Positions 61,717 to 64,000 of a DNA stretch of 64,000 nt are shown one piece after another. The notes beneath the pieces were generated by a model. It did not search any database. It had not been told where the DNA came from and saw only the letters and a list, made by a program, of their open reading frames with translations. The translations under genes and the position numbers were made by a program. Every line of letters starts with the position of its first letter. Position 1 is the stretch's first letter. Source of the DNA: Lingula anatina (lineage: Eukaryota; Animalia; Brachiopoda); NCBI GenBank assembly GCA_051362555.1, contig CM120641.1, forward strand, positions 868,001 through 932,000. Direction: 5' to 3'.

Positions 61717-62855
61717 TCACGTGATGCTAAAAACTGGATGGTCAACATATCTTTGGTTCCCGCCTTTTTTAGCCATGTCGTCTGCTTCGACCACTTTCCT
61801 GTCTGTTTCCTCAGACTCGACAACCTTCCTGTCAGTGTAGTCTGATTCCACAGTTTTTCTGCCTGTTTGTTCATTCTTAAAATCGTCATTAAAATTGTTA
61901 CTGTTGTTCTTATTCTCCATCACATAACGTGATCCTGGTTTACCAGTAAATGAAGACGTGCCGCGTCCACTGTCGGCAGACATTTGGTCGTCTGATTCTA
62001 TGAGTTCTAAATACTCTGGTCGTCTGTTTGCGGCAATGTCTGCAGGTTTTGTGTAATCATCTGCCTCGTCTTCTGCCGCTGCTGACTCGGGTTTTAATGC
62101 CGGCGGGGGCTCCAAGGTGTAATAATGTGGCCCCTTATCTGTATTTTGAGTATTTTGTTCAGGTAAGTTTTTGTTTTTTAGCTGTGTTTGGGGACTTTCT
62201 AAGACGTAATAATGTGGTTCTTTCTTGCCCTCCCTGGCGGCGCTCAAATCTGGGGACTCGGCGCTCGGCGCTTTAGGAGCAGACTGGGACGGTTCAATGG
62301 GGACGACGGCGTAGGGCGTGCCTTCCCCTTTCCCGCCTTTGTTTTTCTTCTTTTTGTTGTAATACAACGAGTTCACCTTAAGAAGGCCAGCGTAGTGGGA
62401 TTTATCCTGTTTTGTCCTCTCTTCGCGTCCCAGACCGTCATATGGGGGTCTGGACTGTGGGAGAGGAGGGGCGACGCAAGGGTCGTATGGCTCATGGTAG
62501 GGGTTTTCGGGGTCCTGGAGAAAAAGATGTGAAAAAATCAGAAAGTAATTTTACCAACCACAAAGCACCTTGCTTATTACTTACTACATAATTCAATTTC
62601 AGTTTCAAAATTAACCAGAGAAATATCTCTGAATATCTAGTGAGAAGCCAATCTCTAGCTGTTATCACACAGTCTGTCGAAATAGTACGCTATCACAACT
62701 TGGCTTAATTACAACACAACTTTACTTTTTTTTACTATTATATAGGAACACGGAGAGAAACTAATAATTTTTTACGTACCGGGTTTTCATTTATTCTGTC
62801 GTATAGCTGAAATTCGCTCTCTGTTGTGTACTGAGGATTCTCAGCCATGGCGCGT
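61717..62855 (-). CDS. Last two exons of a gene encoding a Tyr-motif-rich, probably cytoplasmic tail (receptor/adaptor); upstream exons not resolved
   Basis: Exon 62855-62780 (TTCCAG acceptor, GTACGT donor; RAMAENPQY..LYDRINENP) and exon 62514-61717 (CTCCAG acceptor, in frame with the 219-aa ORF). Motifs PYHEP, SHYAGL, PYAVV, HYYVLE, HYYTLE, EYLEL. Confidence 0.68.
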
Positions 62856-63344
62856 CTGGAAAAAAGAAAGAGAAAATTTACTTTCTGTTTATCTCTGAAT
62901 CAATAGAACGTTTTGATATCAAGAGTCATATGTTAAACCTTAAATACATGACACATTTAGAAATGAGTTCACTGTTAACCCACATTGCCATGTCCTAAGG
63001 GAAGACACCCGTTTTTTTAAATTACATTTTTCATAGTTTTTAGCATGTTTTATCATCTTACATGGCCGTAATTGAGCAAGTTAGGACCAGACTGGAGTCA
63101 TATTATTTTTTTATAGTTCTTAGTTACAGAAAATGAAACCACTTGAGGATTTTGGGCTGAATCAGAGACAGGTCTTTTTACGTCTTTAAAACGAATAACA
63201 GTTCCGGAATTAAAATCTCTTTAACAATAGGAGGTTTATTCGTAAATGATGTGAAATAACCAAGTATTTTTTTTTTTTTTTTTGATAGAGAAAAGTGGAC
63301 AACGAATGTAGTGGCGGTTTCTACGATAGACCGTCATCCAAGCA

Positions 63345-63416
63345 GCGTGGATGGTGTAACGGTTAGCATGGTTGCCTTCCAAGCAGTCGATCCGGGTTCG
63401 ACTCCCGGTCCTCGCA
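63345..63416 (+). tRNA. trnG: tRNA-Gly(TCC)
   Basis: Identical to 60653-60724; downstream TTTT; probably intronic and antisense to the 61.7-62.9 kb gene. Confidence 0.92.
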
Positions 63417-64000
63417 CACCTACTTTTACACGTGATTCAGTTACTTGAGTCTTGCGAGATTCAGTCAACAGGACAATAATTGTCAGACACCATTGAGGTA
63501 TCTTAATTGCTTTTTGTATTGTTATTTACTTTGATATGTTGGATAAGATCTAAATCCCTGATGTGTTTTTCTATCTCGTTGGCATTTTCGGATTAAAAAA
63601 GGAATGAAAAGGACGGGATACAACGATATCATAAAACTCCATATCGCCATAACGTAAATCAAGTTCTGGGTTTGCACTGAAGACAGTTTTGTTTGTTCCA
63701 CTTCAGTCAACTGACATGTGTAGGTAGAAATAGAAATCAAAATGACCAGATATAACCAGATCTGTAGACATCCAACAAAGATAAGTCTTCTGTTAAGGTT
63801 AATGCGATCGTCTGCTGGACCGAGTGTCCATTATATCGACGCTGAATATTTAGTCAGATGACAGTCTCTTTATTATCTCGTATATAGCTTACCAGAGGGA
63901 AAGAGTACGTAGTAACTATCAGATAGACAGATCAGACCACCTGGACCACGGCAAATGTCACTTTTCTTAAATGGCCGCTAAAGAACAATGAAAGTATAGT

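Noticed and set aside
63522-63800. Hydrophobic frame resembling signal peptide plus TM for the 61.7-62.9 kb gene
   Set aside because: No suitable upstream in-frame ATG, and its only clear donor is phase 1 while the next exon needs phase 2; not called as a feature.

Overview
AT-rich animal genomic DNA from an invertebrate, most likely a mollusc or other lophotrochozoan (inferred from the repeat types and gene families). All exon calls and alignments were made by eye. (1) 1-25 kb: the 3' 16 exons of a + strand GH20 (hexosaminidase-fold) gene whose catalytic residues appear to be missing. Its last 8 exons are duplicated in frame at 27-49 kb. (2) Three intronless RING/B-box/B-box/coiled-coil/NHL TRIM genes lie antisense inside the large GH20 intron and its duplicate. 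They have near-identical RBCC halves and hypervariable propeller loops; the third is split by an apparently full-length ~6.3 kb L1/Tx1-type LINE with a target-site duplication (TSD). (3) 50-54 kb: a - strand single-pass membrane protein with a chitin-binding (CBM14) domain, Thr/Ser stalk and long Tyr/ITIM-like tail; the tail exons of a similar gene are at 61.7-62.9 kb. (4) 55-63.4 kb: five tRNA-Gly(TCC) genes, one split in the anticodon stem by a 5'-truncated RTEX-like retrotransposon with a 6-bp TSD. (5) Many MITEs, Helentron-like (HINE) elements, a tRNA-derived SINE, LINE and LTR fragments, satellites, and repeated short tandem duplications across splice sites.
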